From IMG/VR virus record IMGVR_UViG_3300005253_000098, positions 26,527-90,526 of that record: DNA of 64,000 bases; one strand, 5' to 3'. The notes below the pieces were generated by a model. It made no database searches. It saw only the letters and a list, made by a program, of their open reading frames with translations, and had not been told where the DNA came from. Shown here in pieces: positions 41,281-50,820 of the stretch; position 1 is the first letter of the stretch, and each line of letters starts with the position of its first letter. The DNA comes from a virus. The translations under genes were made by a program, and so were the position numbers.

Positions 41281-41356
41281 AATCGAAGGGCATTATTAGT
41301 TCATGGTAATATTACCACCCGAATTAACCGAAATTAACTGCCCTCACCCTTCGATT
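41281..41356 (+). ncRNA. Structured element closed by a 10-bp stem
   Basis: AATCGAAGGG/CCCTTCGATT with an inner TGGTAATATTACCA palindrome. Confidence 0.4.
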
Positions 41357-41556
41357 TGGACGAAGTTCCGAAAGGAACCCTCCTCAGGGCTCAGAGATCA
41401 AAGCTAAGAGTTAACGAGTCAAAGCTCAGGATGCTCAAGGTTCAGGTCTCAAGGCTCACAGAATTCCGCTCTTTATTCCGAAAGGAGTGGCATTGGTTTT
41501 TTGAGGGCAAGTTACCTACGGTTACGCCGAGCGGTGGGTGGCGAGTATTACACCAG
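41357..41556 (+). ncRNA. Structured RNA containing 11 heptamer repeats (GCTCAAG-like)
   Basis: Repeats at 41382-41460; two TTCC-GAAA-GGA hairpins; CCCTC/GAGGG and GTTACCTAC/GTGGGTGGC stems. Confidence 0.6.
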
Positions 41557-41565
41557 TTGATAAAA

Positions 41566-42138
41566 ATGGTAGCAGAAAAGTATTCAACCGAAACTAATCA
41601 GATGACCGTCGCAGATGGTCTTACTGAGCTAAAGAGAATAGATAAACTGTTAAGTCAGCGACAGCAAGAAATTGTTCGCTACGCTTCCAAAAAGAAAGGA
41701 TCTAAAGACGAGATTGAGAACCAACGAGACTTTGTTAAAGACAAGTTCAAGTCCGCACAAGATTTGATCAAACGCTATAATGATGTCAAGATCGCTATTC
41801 AGCAATCGAACATCAAAACAACCATTCATTTCGAGAATAAGAACTACACCATCGCCGAAGGACTTTTGCTGAAGCAAGGACTGTTCGACCGATACGATTC
41901 ACTCTTCGCATGTCTCAATAACCACAACGGAGCTCAGCAAGTAGCTGTAGCCCAGCAAGAACTCAATATGCGAGGTAAACTCCCCGAAGAAGCTGCTGAG
42001 AAATTCGAGATGATCCCCGAGCTGTTATTCAACGAAGTCGAGAATATGGCTCGAAAAGAGGAATTGCTCAACCTACGATCCTATATCGATGCATTAATCG
42101 AAAAATCCAATCACCATTCCTTTATTGAAATCAAGTAA
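41566..42138 (+). CDS. Coiled-coil protein resembling the DIP1984/'septicolysin'-annotated family
   Basis: MTVADGL..LKRI, IKxAIQQSN, YTIAEGL, IDALIEKSN...IEI; start at ATG 41566. Confidence 0.7.
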   Translation: MVAEKYSTETNQMTVADGLTELKRIDKLLSQRQQEIVRYASKKKGSKDEIENQRDFVKDKFKSAQDLIKRYNDVKIAIQQSNIKTTIHFENKNYTIAEGLLLKQGLFDRYDSLFACLNNHNGAQQVAVAQQELNMRGKLPEEAAEKFEMIPELLFNEVENMARKEELLNLRSYIDALIEKSNHHSFIEIK

Positions 42139-42174
42139 ACTATATATATATCTTCTATATTTTTTTATTTAATC

Positions 42175-42251
42175 TCCTGAAACTGGATTAGACCGGCTAT
42201 CTTATTCCGAGAGAAGCCAATTATGGTCTACGAGTGCACTCACCAGCAGGA
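42175..42251 (+). ncRNA. Structured RNA element A
   Basis: TCCTG-AAA-CTGG...TCA-CCAG-CAGGA; inner TAGACC/GGTCTA, GGCT/AGCC and GAGTGCACTC. Confidence 0.5.
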
Positions 42252-42262
42252 AAAGAAATAAC

Positions 42263-42330
42263 TTGCAGATCCTCGCTCGGCGACGAGCTGGTAGGGTTTC
42301 ACATTTGTTTTTCCCTTTCATAGTCTGCAA
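42263..42330 (+). ncRNA. Structured RNA element B
   Basis: Closing stem TTGCAGA/TCTGCAA with inner hairpins. Confidence 0.35.
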
Positions 42331-42356
42331 CACCAATATTTATCGCCAATTAATTA

Positions 42357-42524
42357 CCCGAAACTGGTCGGAGTCCAAGGATCGCCTATTTTCCAAGGTA
42401 TGAAAGCATATCCTGAATCGTGTCGAGCACGGAAGACGACGAGGAGCTAAGGCAGCGCACCTGGTTTTCCCAGGAGAGCGAGCCGGGCAAGCTATTTGCA
42501 AGTAGCTGTGTCCTCACCAGCGGG
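42357..42524 (+). ncRNA. Structured RNA element C (multi-branched)
   Basis: CCCG-AAA-CTGG...TCA-CCAG-CGGG; inner AGGAT/ATCCT, CGTG/CACG, CCTGG/CCAGG and AGCTA/TAGCT. Confidence 0.55.
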
Positions 42525-42531
42525 AAAGATT

Positions 42532-42756
42532 ATGATAACTATTACAAAAGAAGAATATAGCGAGGTTATTCGTTTGTCAGCAATTGCTGCAAATACTCCA
42601 GTTATTACCATGGACGGAGGCAAAACCTCAATGGCAGATCATGCCCGAGAGTCTGTCAACGCCTGTTGGAAGAAACTGGGTGCGAAATATGGCTTCCCAT
42701 GGGATAAAGTCATAAGCTTAAGCTCAGATACATTCGAGATAAAATTGAGTGATTAA
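42532..42756 (+). CDS. Hypothetical protein (WxKLGxKYxF family)
   Basis: Start adjusted to ATG 42532, after RNA element C. Confidence 0.6.
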   Translation: MITITKEEYSEVIRLSAIAANTPVITMDGGKTSMADHARESVNACWKKLGAKYGFPWDKVISLSSDTFEIKLSD

Positions 42757-42946
42757 AATGTCAGAAAAAATCCTGCACTTTAGATGCGTTGCTGGTGATT
42801 GTCCAGCGAGAGAAGTAAAATTAAAGGTCAAGGTCTCAATTCCACCCGAGACCAAGTGGATTAACGAGAAAGACCTCGGAGACCCCAAGTGTCCAGCCTG
42901 TGATTCTAAATTAGATTCATATACCAATAGTGATTCAAATGAGTGA
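42749..42946 (+). CDS. Zinc-ribbon protein
   Basis: C....C...CPAC. Confidence 0.6.
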   Translation: MIKMSEKILHFRCVAGDCPAREVKLKVKVSIPPETKWINEKDLGDPKCPACDSKLDSYTNSDSNE

Positions 42947-43316
42947 AAATAGATTAGATGTCAAGGATTTGCAGAAATCTGAGCTCATGGACGTAAAGAA
43001 CTTATTCTTTATTCATTATTGTCCCTCATGTGAGCCTGATCCTGATCCGTTTAAACGAGACGGTTCTGAACGAGGACCATACTTCATTGATCAGATCTGG
43101 GATTACCCAGAAAAATGCGAATGCCCAGAAGAATTGATCTGCATAGATGGAACAATCGAAATCCATATGCTCGAGCGACACGATCATTCGTTAAAGGACA
43201 CCAGATACTATGATGTTCTTGACAGGTGTATCCACACGGACTTCGAGACCGAGGCAGAAGCCATCAGGGCTTTGATTCAGATTATTGACGAAGTTAACAA
43301 GCTTAAAAGTGAATAA
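42930..43316 (+). CDS. Hypothetical protein with CxxC
   Basis: YCPSC, CEC, FETEAEA. Confidence 0.6.
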   Translation: MIQMSENRLDVKDLQKSELMDVKNLFFIHYCPSCEPDPDPFKRDGSERGPYFIDQIWDYPEKCECPEELICIDGTIEIHMLERHDHSLKDTRYYDVLDRCIHTDFETEAEAIRALIQIIDEVNKLKSE

Positions 43317-43605
43317 CATGAAACTACAAAAAATGGAACAGCACGAGTATGATTACCTGAACGAGCTCTCTATGGATGCTCGCTGGGAGGTCAGACCCGA
43401 TCCAGCAAATGATATTGTGGGAATAGCACTCTCATATCGAACGAAAGAATATGAGGTCAGGCAAGGAAACCTGACCAAATTCTGGGCTAAATTGGGAAAG
43501 AAGTATAACTTCGATCCCGCTGACGTGCGAGGCATGACCTCCACCGATGACGGAACCAGACAGATAAAGATAATCGAGGATCATGAGCGAGTTCACCAAA
43601 TGTAA
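43285..43605 (+). CDS. Hypothetical protein (WxKLGxKYxF family)
   Basis: FWAKLGKKYNF. Confidence 0.6.
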   Translation: MTKLTSLKVNNMKLQKMEQHEYDYLNELSMDARWEVRPDPANDIVGIALSYRTKEYEVRQGNLTKFWAKLGKKYNFDPADVRGMTSTDDGTRQIKIIEDHERVHQM

Positions 43606-43618
43606 GAAGTGAAAAATT

Positions 43619-43906
43619 ATGGCATATTCACCCTATTACGACTACGAAGCAGCAGCGGACGATAGCCCGCTCATCGAGTCATGCTCAGCATACTATGATG
43701 AATGCCAAAGTTTATTCGTGGCTAAATGCGTCCAGTGCCTCGATTATTATTGCGATGATCATATGTTCAAACATATGCTTAGTCGATGCCCGAATAAGCG
43801 AACTCATTATATGCTGAGAACCTATACCGGTGATAAACACCGAAAACGAATAATGGCTGAACTTACCAAACGTGGTAAGAACGAGCTGATTGATGATTTC
43901 CGATGA
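43619..43906 (+). CDS. B-box/AN1-like zinc-finger protein
   Basis: C......C......CVQC...YCDDH...H. Confidence 0.6.
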   Translation: MAYSPYYDYEAAADDSPLIESCSAYYDECQSLFVAKCVQCLDYYCDDHMFKHMLSRCPNKRTHYMLRTYTGDKHRKRIMAELTKRGKNELIDDFR

Positions 43907-44322
43907 CTGAACTACGAGGATTTAAATTACTCCGTCGAGAGAATCACCGGAACGGAACGGAGAGCCTAATGTCTGTTATGCAGAATGGAGGTGGGTTAAC
44001 ACACTACAAACTCAACGAGTGGACGAAACCATGGGAATTCGCTGGTCCATTGTGCGTTTTCAATAACATCGATGCTATGTGGGAATTCATGGCTGAGTTC
44101 AATGGTGCGAGTTATATGCAAATATATATGTGTCTATACGAGCCCTCACCATACACTTTTGTCTGGCATATGGAATATCAGGACACGAAACGTGTATGTG
44201 ATCTCAACATGTTGCCAGATGGCACAATCTTAGCTGACCGAGTGATGGTGTTAGATTATGTCCCCTACTCAACTGAAGCCACCAAACTATTACACGCTCA
44301 TCAATCCGGAGACGTGTTATAA
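43903..44322 (+). CDS. Hypothetical protein
   Basis: ORF track. Confidence 0.65.
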   Translation: MTELRGFKLLRRENHRNGTESLMSVMQNGGGLTHYKLNEWTKPWEFAGPLCVFNNIDAMWEFMAEFNGASYMQIYMCLYEPSPYTFVWHMEYQDTKRVCDLNMLPDGTILADRVMVLDYVPYSTEATKLLHAHQSGDVL

Positions 44323-44430
44323 TTGCGAGAGCTCATTTTGGCGACAGAAGAACAGCGAGCTTCTCTGCACCCGCTACAATTTCGTAGTGGATATCAACGG
44401 TCACTGCGACCGCTTCAGGAGTCGAAATAA

Positions 44431-45045
44431 ATGAAACTATTCGGTAAAAAGACCCTACATGAAAAGAATATCGAAAATACCTCCGAACAAATACTTGATA
44501 AACTAAGCGACTATGCTATCAAGTTTAATGTCCCTTACAAGCTTGTCAAAGCCAGATATTTTGATCAGCTCGAGTCTCTGCAATTGACTACCACTAAAGG
44601 GTCTATTCAATACGAGAACATCGAAAATGCTACTCTCGTTCGTATCCTTTGTTGGCTCCGAAGAATGGAAGAAGAAGCCCCACCAGTGCGTCCGCCTCCA
44701 GCCGAGCCCACCAGTCACTGTAAGAATTGCGACATGCTCCGTGAACCCGCTGACGTATTCTGTGCTTACTGCGGTTGGCAACATTTTCAAAAGGAGTCTG
44801 CAGCCTTAGAAGAGCCCGAGATCAAGAAATACGAACCAACTTATGCTACCAATGCCGATGTAATGGAGGATGCCTACGATTACTCCGATCCGAGAGAGTT
44901 AAGGTATTATCCCATCCAAATAATTCCCGGTATTCCTCGTGGAGAATGTAATGAGGAATGCTTTGAAGGGAGAGATTGCGATAATACCAGACATCACAAA
45001 ATTAGATATTATGAAAGAAGAAACAAACCGAGTATCGATCACTGA
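44431..45045 (+). CDS. Zinc-ribbon-containing protein
   Basis: HCKNC...FCAYCG. Confidence 0.65.
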   Translation: MKLFGKKTLHEKNIENTSEQILDKLSDYAIKFNVPYKLVKARYFDQLESLQLTTTKGSIQYENIENATLVRILCWLRRMEEEAPPVRPPPAEPTSHCKNCDMLREPADVFCAYCGWQHFQKESAALEEPEIKKYEPTYATNADVMEDAYDYSDPRELRYYPIQIIPGIPRGECNEECFEGRDCDNTRHHKIRYYERRNKPSIDH

Positions 45046-45390
45046 GGAATTTTCCAAATGAAATTATACAAGGATATGAATAATATTGAAGAAATATCAA
45101 CTGACATCAGACGATATGTTTGATCTAAATAAAATCATGGAAGAGATTATGGGACTCACCAGAGCACCAGGCGAATTCCAGAGTATAATCTCTGGTGATA
45201 CATTAATAAAAATCTTATCAGAGGCACTAAAGAAATGAGTAATTCCGGAGACGCAAATAAGTTCTTCAATCGCCGGATTAGATGCGATTACTGCCTGAGG
45301 AAGCTTAAGAACGAGGCAGGCGTAATAAGACACAAACATTTCGCGCATCCTCTCCAACTCAAAGCAGAAAAACGAAGGATATGAACAATA

Positions 45391-45606
45391 TTGAAAGTAG
45401 ATTACAAAGGCTATATGAAGAAGATAGCAAAACTCGTCCATAAGGGCGAGGAAGACATGGGAAAACATAAAGAAGATAAGAATTGGGTCATGTCCGCTTA
45501 TTTTTTGCAGATCAAACAGGTCGTGCATACCTACGAGCAGGAAAAAGATCGGGCTGATACCATCGACCAATTAGCAGGCATTGCATCGGGGGCTGAAGAC
45601 GAATGA
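45391..45606 (+). CDS. Hypothetical protein
   Basis: ORF track. Confidence 0.5.
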   Translation: MKVDYKGYMKKIAKLVHKGEEDMGKHKEDKNWVMSAYFLQIKQVVHTYEQEKDRADTIDQLAGIASGAEDE

Positions 45607-45896
45607 ATGAAGAATATCCTAAAGTTATCCGAATCCAGTTCTTTGATGATAATGAGCCCGGAAAACAATCCCTTTACGAGAAATTCTTTCAAGTGAAAAG
45701 CAAAGCTCACGCAGCCGAGTTTATGAAATTTATTACTGAGCAAAAGCAGAGATACACTACCTACATGATGGCTGAAGTAATAAATGGTAGTTTCATGCCG
45801 CACGAGGCTTTCGAGGCTCAAGACATCTACGATAATATCAATATGCAGAGTATCACCGAAGAAGTCAAGATCGAAGACTGGAATTGGTCAATATAA
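45603..45896 (+). CDS. Hypothetical protein
   Basis: ORF track. Confidence 0.6.
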   Translation: MNEEYPKVIRIQFFDDNEPGKQSLYEKFFQVKSKAHAAEFMKFITEQKQRYTTYMMAEVINGSFMPHEAFEAQDIYDNINMQSITEEVKIEDWNWSI

Positions 45897-46070
45897 TATG
45901 CCAAGAAAAATGATCAAACGAGCAAGGCAACGCACTAAGACCATGACTCGATACCATCACAAGACTGGTATCATGAATTGCGTCGAGTGTGGTGAAGACA
46001 TCGAGAAAAGTGCCCACCACGATCGCTGCGAGAGATGCTGGGTCTTGAATCGTTTAGCAGGTAGAATATC

Positions 46071-46322
46071 ATGAAGTATCAATGTTATGACTGCTGGAAA
46101 GAATTTCCTGCACCAATCACCCGAATTATCGGGTATGATGGTATCCAATTATTAGGTTGGTTACGAGCCCTTTTTGGCGATAAATCAAAAGAAATAACGG
46201 ATCATAGATGTCCATACTGTGGAGGTCACAGCTTTGGTTCTATCGAGCACATGGGTCGTAAAACACCCGAGACTCTCTACGAGTCTATCCCTTATCCTAT
46301 GGAGGATGACACCCCAACATGA
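46071..46322 (+). CDS. Zinc-ribbon protein
   Basis: YQCYDC...RCPYCGG. Confidence 0.65.
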   Translation: MKYQCYDCWKEFPAPITRIIGYDGIQLLGWLRALFGDKSKEITDHRCPYCGGHSFGSIEHMGRKTPETLYESIPYPMEDDTPT

Positions 46323-46786
46323 GTGATATAACTGAACAAGTAAACAATCAGCGAGTCCAGCAACTACGGCTGGTATTCTTTAAAGATAAAGACTTGCTGC
46401 ATCTTTTAATGACCGAGTTCACTGGAGTTTCGGTTAAGAAATCCCTCTGGAATCAGATCATCAACCCTGGAGGTTACGCCAAGGTCGAATTCATCGAAAT
46501 TTCTGAACAGGCTGAGCGTATGGATTACATTGAAGAATATATTAATAGCCATAAGCGCCCTGCTCATTTACCGCGTTACATCCCAAAATATGAATCTTAT
46601 GATATTGTTTTCTTCGGTGTTTGGAAGAAGAATTTCCCCAACGAGGATGAGGATCTTGTTAGCACAGAGTATATCGAAGGAGCTACTCCTCTCGAAGATA
46701 TGACTCCCGACGTTCGTGAGCGTTTCATCGAACGACTCAGGGAATGGCGATATCAAGCCAGTCTCCAGCACCACAGATTATCCTAA
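46319..46786 (+). CDS. Hypothetical protein
   Basis: ORF track. Confidence 0.65.
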   Translation: MSDITEQVNNQRVQQLRLVFFKDKDLLHLLMTEFTGVSVKKSLWNQIINPGGYAKVEFIEISEQAERMDYIEEYINSHKRPAHLPRYIPKYESYDIVFFGVWKKNFPNEDEDLVSTEYIEGATPLEDMTPDVRERFIERLREWRYQASLQHHRLS

Positions 46787-47097
46787 TATGAGAGACACAT
46801 ATACATGTAGTAATGATAATTGTGACACCGTAAACGTTACTGTTTTCATAACGTATAAATACAGTCGTCCTAAAGGATTCCGTGGACCCTCATGTCCTAT
46901 GTGCGACACCGACATGGAATTTTTGGAGAGTGATTAGATGAAGAGCTATCATTTCTACTGTGAACAAGAAGAGGGCTGTGACGCCTCCGAGGTCGTGGTC
47001 TACATCAAATACGATAACGATCAGCCCCTAACATGGAAACCACCATGCCCTGTTTGTGACGTCACCATGGAATTAAAATTAAAGGATGGTATAATAG

Positions 47098-47463
47098 TTG
47101 AAAGTTAAGCATACTTGTCCCGGCTGCAAACGTCGAGACATCATTACGGTTGAGCCCAAGATAAATATGGTCAATCTGTCAATCGAGAAACGTCTGGAGA
47201 TCATGAGACATATACTCGTCCATATAGTCGATAGTGGCATCGTCTCACCCGAACATCTAACCTTAGAGATAGACGTTGATATTAATGATGTATTTGACTT
47301 CTTGTGCGTGCATTACGATATCGAAACAGTTTTAACCTATTGTATCCTCTCTGCAATTACCGAACATGGTAAAATGTTAAAACGTCGACCTGATTTATTA
47401 AAAATGGTCGCCGATTATAGGAAATTGAGAGATGCGAATATTAAGCGAGAAGACCAAACCTGA
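47098..47463 (+). CDS. Hypothetical protein with N-terminal CPGC
   Basis: ORF track. Confidence 0.6.
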   Translation: MKVKHTCPGCKRRDIITVEPKINMVNLSIEKRLEIMRHILVHIVDSGIVSPEHLTLEIDVDINDVFDFLCVHYDIETVLTYCILSAITEHGKMLKRRPDLLKMVADYRKLRDANIKREDQT

Positions 47464-47619
47464 ATGCTTTTTTTGTAAATGTGACCCATGTCAGGGTAAT
47501 TGCGACGAAATAATTGTCAAACCCCTCATGGAAATCGTAGATTTGCTGATAGACTGCTTTAAACCAGTAGTTGAATGTATCGAGCAATTCTTTAATTCCC
47601 TTGCTGAAGGAATAGAAAT

Positions 47620-49074
47620 ATGTCAGAACAAGTAATAGAAACAGTCGAAGAGACTAAAATCGAGGCATCTCATTTCCAACGAAAATATGACCTTAGTGCA
47701 CATCGTTTGGACGAGATATCGGCGATAATTACTCGGCATGAGAACGGTCAACAGAAATTAACCAAGGAAGAAATCGATTGGTGTAAAGACGAATACGATA
47801 AATTCATGGCTGATGTTGTTAACCGTAACTCTAACGAGAATCAAACAATACAACGCAAGAGCGCTCTCGAGAATCTCGAGAAACTGAACAAAATGGACCA
47901 TAGTAAGAAACGTCATTCTATGACCATGTTCGGCAAGAACAAATACAAATACCTGCCCCAGCCCAACCCAGAAAAGAGCACCTACGACCAAAGCAGGATG
48001 CGTGCGACCGAAGAAATCATAAACAGCTACAAGAACGCTGATGGAAGTGACCACAACTACACCATTCATAAGGATATCATCTTAGGAGAACAGCCGGGTG
48101 TATTTACTGCATTTTGTCACACTGAACTGGTCGACGGAAAACTGGAGTGGTATTACAAAGCCGACTCCTGGAATGAACATATATACGCCACTACTCCACA
48201 TGCCCATAAACGAGTGTCTATCCGAGATAATGACTTCTATTCGTTTGAAGAGATCATCGGAAGACGCTGGATTAAGAACGGAGTTCCATACTTCCATCTA
48301 TACCCTGAGAAATCTATCGAGTCCGCACTAACAGGTGGAGATGTCTGGTCACTCAGGCAAAAATGTTTCGACCATTATCCCGACACTACACAACTGATTC
48401 CTGGTTTCTTAATCAACTGGACCAAAGATATGCAGAGAACAGGCTCCGATAACGAACTCCCCAAGTATTACTTCGATAAAGTAGCACATGGTGGATTTAC
48501 CACTCTCGAATATCTCCCCGATCTGGTCAAACGTGGTAGCACACCAAAACAAACCGTTAATAACGTCGAATACCATATCATCAAGATTGATGGCAAACAC
48601 TTCATCTACTTGATTCAATCTATCGAGCCCGCTACCAGTGTTATGATCTACATACCCGACAACATTCTTGGACTCATGGACAACGGTGAAGAACTCTATT
48701 ATGCCTTGACTCATCCTCCCCAGATCGATCAAACCAAGCCCTATTTCCGCCAAGGCGAGTGGTATTTCGTGCCCACTGATAAAAAGACCAGAGAACTGAT
48801 CAAGCCCACTGAACCACCCAAAGACAAGGGCGGTATCACCGGTGACGGAAGAGCTCGGACTAAATGGTATGAAATAGAAGTAGACTCGTCTCATGTAGTT
48901 GGCGAATATAGATTTGATGAACAAGGTAACTCTTATGTCCGTAGCACCGTGTATCACATGCAAGGGGATCATCCCGCTCTCAGATTAGGTAGAAAAGTCT
49001 GGCACAAAATATATCGCTCAGATGCGAAAGGTCACTCTGCTGATCTTCGTGGAGCAACCGTTAGATACGATTAG
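47620..49074 (+). CDS. Large hypothetical protein with a C-terminal RQG[DE]/His motif domain
   Basis: YFRQGEWYFVP...SHV...H..GDHP.L.L, a motif set recalled from phage proteins. Confidence 0.75.
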   Translation: MSEQVIETVEETKIEASHFQRKYDLSAHRLDEISAIITRHENGQQKLTKEEIDWCKDEYDKFMADVVNRNSNENQTIQRKSALENLEKLNKMDHSKKRHSMTMFGKNKYKYLPQPNPEKSTYDQSRMRATEEIINSYKNADGSDHNYTIHKDIILGEQPGVFTAFCHTELVDGKLEWYYKADSWNEHIYATTPHAHKRVSIRDNDFYSFEEIIGRRWIKNGVPYFHLYPEKSIESALTGGDVWSLRQKCFDHYPDTTQLIPGFLINWTKDMQRTGSDNELPKYYFDKVAHGGFTTLEYLPDLVKRGSTPKQTVNNVEYHIIKIDGKHFIYLIQSIEPATSVMIYIPDNILGLMDNGEELYYALTHPPQIDQTKPYFRQGEWYFVPTDKKTRELIKPTEPPKDKGGITGDGRARTKWYEIEVDSSHVVGEYRFDEQGNSYVRSTVYHMQGDHPALRLGRKVWHKIYRSDAKGHSADLRGATVRYD

Positions 49075-49130
49075 TTGAAATTTGAAGATTTCAACATATT
49101 TTTTTCTTTATTTTTTAGGAGTGATTTATT

Positions 49131-49349
49131 ATGGTCCGAGAGGGTGACGACGGAACCTATCACCTCAAAACATGCACACATGATCTATGTGACACTGTTT
49201 TCTGTGATAACTGTAGCTGGAACCCCAGCGAGTGCTGGAATTGCGAGGAGGACTTTTGTGCCAAACATATTGTCAAGGTTGAGAACAATATATGGCTCTG
49301 TCCTAATTGCCGAATTAAATACAACAGAGGTGAATTTATAATTGCCTGA
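49131..49349 (+). CDS. Cys-rich zinc-finger protein
   Basis: CDNC...CWNC..FCAKH...LCPNC. Confidence 0.65.
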   Translation: MVREGDDGTYHLKTCTHDLCDTVFCDNCSWNPSECWNCEEDFCAKHIVKVENNIWLCPNCRIKYNRGEFIIA

Positions 49350-49557
49350 ACATGCCGAAATTAGCCTCTCAAGCCTTGAACATTTCAAGGACGAGTTCGA
49401 GAGCTGTAAGACTTATGTCTGGAAAATGATAGACCTTGAATCTGACGAAAAAATGAAGAATAAAGGAATGGAACTTATTAAGTCCATCGATTCTTCTATC
49501 GAGATCATTAATGAATGTTTAGAAAAACCCTTACACGATGGTTATTTAGATGGTTAA
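49342..49557 (+). CDS. Hypothetical protein
   Basis: ORF track. Confidence 0.55.
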   Translation: MPEHAEISLSSLEHFKDEFESCKTYVWKMIDLESDEKMKNKGMELIKSIDSSIEIINECLEKPLHDGYLDG

Positions 49558-49875
49558 ATATATGCTACGTATCAATACCTACGATGGTTGTCTAATCGAG
49601 ATTACTACAGATGCTAAAACTGAAAAAGATGCACATAAACAAATAAATGTAGTTATGAAACGCATATTTGGTGCTGACGATTTTAGTGCACCTTTTAGTT
49701 TCCATGAGGTTAAAGAAGATGGTTAAATACAAATTTGAATTTAAAGAGGATGATATTGTCATCCAGATCTTCACTGAAGAAGATAGTGAAGAAAACGCTT
49801 TTGCCAGCGTCGAAGGAGTGCTCGAGTCAAACTGGGGCATTAAATACATGCTCGAAACTTTCGAGGTGTCCGTAG

Positions 49876-50076
49876 TTGAGTGAAGAACCCAAGAAGAAAT
49901 TCGATCCACCTTATTGTCCATGGTGTGGATCAAAGATTACTAATATGCCGAAAGCTACGGAAAAGGAACCTATGATCCTGAATACTACGATCCGTTGTCT
50001 AAATTGTGATGCTAAGATAGTCTTTAGCGAAACGGAATTAGGATTCAATATGCATGTAGGAATTGGTATAAAATGA
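49876..50076 (+). CDS. Zinc-ribbon protein
   Basis: YCPWCGS...RCLNC. Confidence 0.65.
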   Translation: MSEEPKKKFDPPYCPWCGSKITNMPKATEKEPMILNTTIRCLNCDAKIVFSETELGFNMHVGIGIK

Positions 50077-50786
50077 CTGAAAAAGGATTTCTCCCTGCAA
50101 CATGGAATGAAATATCTGCCCATTATGGTAGTTTTCTTGATAAAGAGTTTGCATCGGCTCACTGGAAAATAGCCGATATTCTACAGTATGTAGCTAATGT
50201 TGTGCAACATCTACCGACAAAAGGAGAACTTGTAGAATTTTCTGATATGGCTGCAAGCCAATTAGAGGATGATATGGTTAGTCGAGGTTGGGACTCCATT
50301 TCTACGCTCGTGGACATCTGGCACGGTGATCGATATTGTAAAATGTGCAACTCCAGGCTCAAAGAGAAATCCGACGTTGAAAACAACTTCCAGAGGAAAT
50401 GCGAGAGATGTCAGAAACTCAACTGGTTCACCATGAGCAAGGATCAACGTAGATACGTATTCACACTCATACAAAAACATTTACAGTGGGTAGCAGACGA
50501 GATTATTGCCTACAAAATTAGACCAGGCGAAGACTTCGAGACAAAATTCCCACAAGATCTAACTAACGTCGAGGTTAGTGCATATCCACAATGGTTCTCA
50601 GGAACTCGAGAAGAATCATTAAATTCCAATGAAGTTTATATTCGATGTGGTCACACAGCTTGTAATAACCGACTGATCACATCTGACCCATGGGAGAAGA
50701 ATGCATATAATAATTGTTTAGATCATATCTTTGAATATGAGCATGAAAAAGTAGCAGACCATCCCATGATTTTTGGGAACACTTAA
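50073..50786 (+). CDS. Protein with two zinc-binding motifs
   Basis: YCKMC...KCERC; C....C...H....H. Confidence 0.7.
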   Translation: MTEKGFLPATWNEISAHYGSFLDKEFASAHWKIADILQYVANVVQHLPTKGELVEFSDMAASQLEDDMVSRGWDSISTLVDIWHGDRYCKMCNSRLKEKSDVENNFQRKCERCQKLNWFTMSKDQRRYVFTLIQKHLQWVADEIIAYKIRPGEDFETKFPQDLTNVEVSAYPQWFSGTREESLNSNEVYIRCGHTACNNRLITSDPWEKNAYNNCLDHIFEYEHEKVADHPMIFGNT

Positions 50787-50820
50787 AAAACCTATATAAT
50801 ATAATAAAATGTGATATATC

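Noticed and set aside
41356-41565. N-terminal 70 aa of ORF-track entry 41356..42138
   Set aside because: TTG start, 7-nt periodicity and strong hairpins indicate RNA; the family-like sequence starts after ATG 41566.
42175-42524. Hammerhead or hairpin ribozyme, RNase P or SRP RNA identity
   Set aside because: Core consensus sequences (CUGANGA with GAAA, GAGGAAAGUCC, SRP helix 8) not found by eye.
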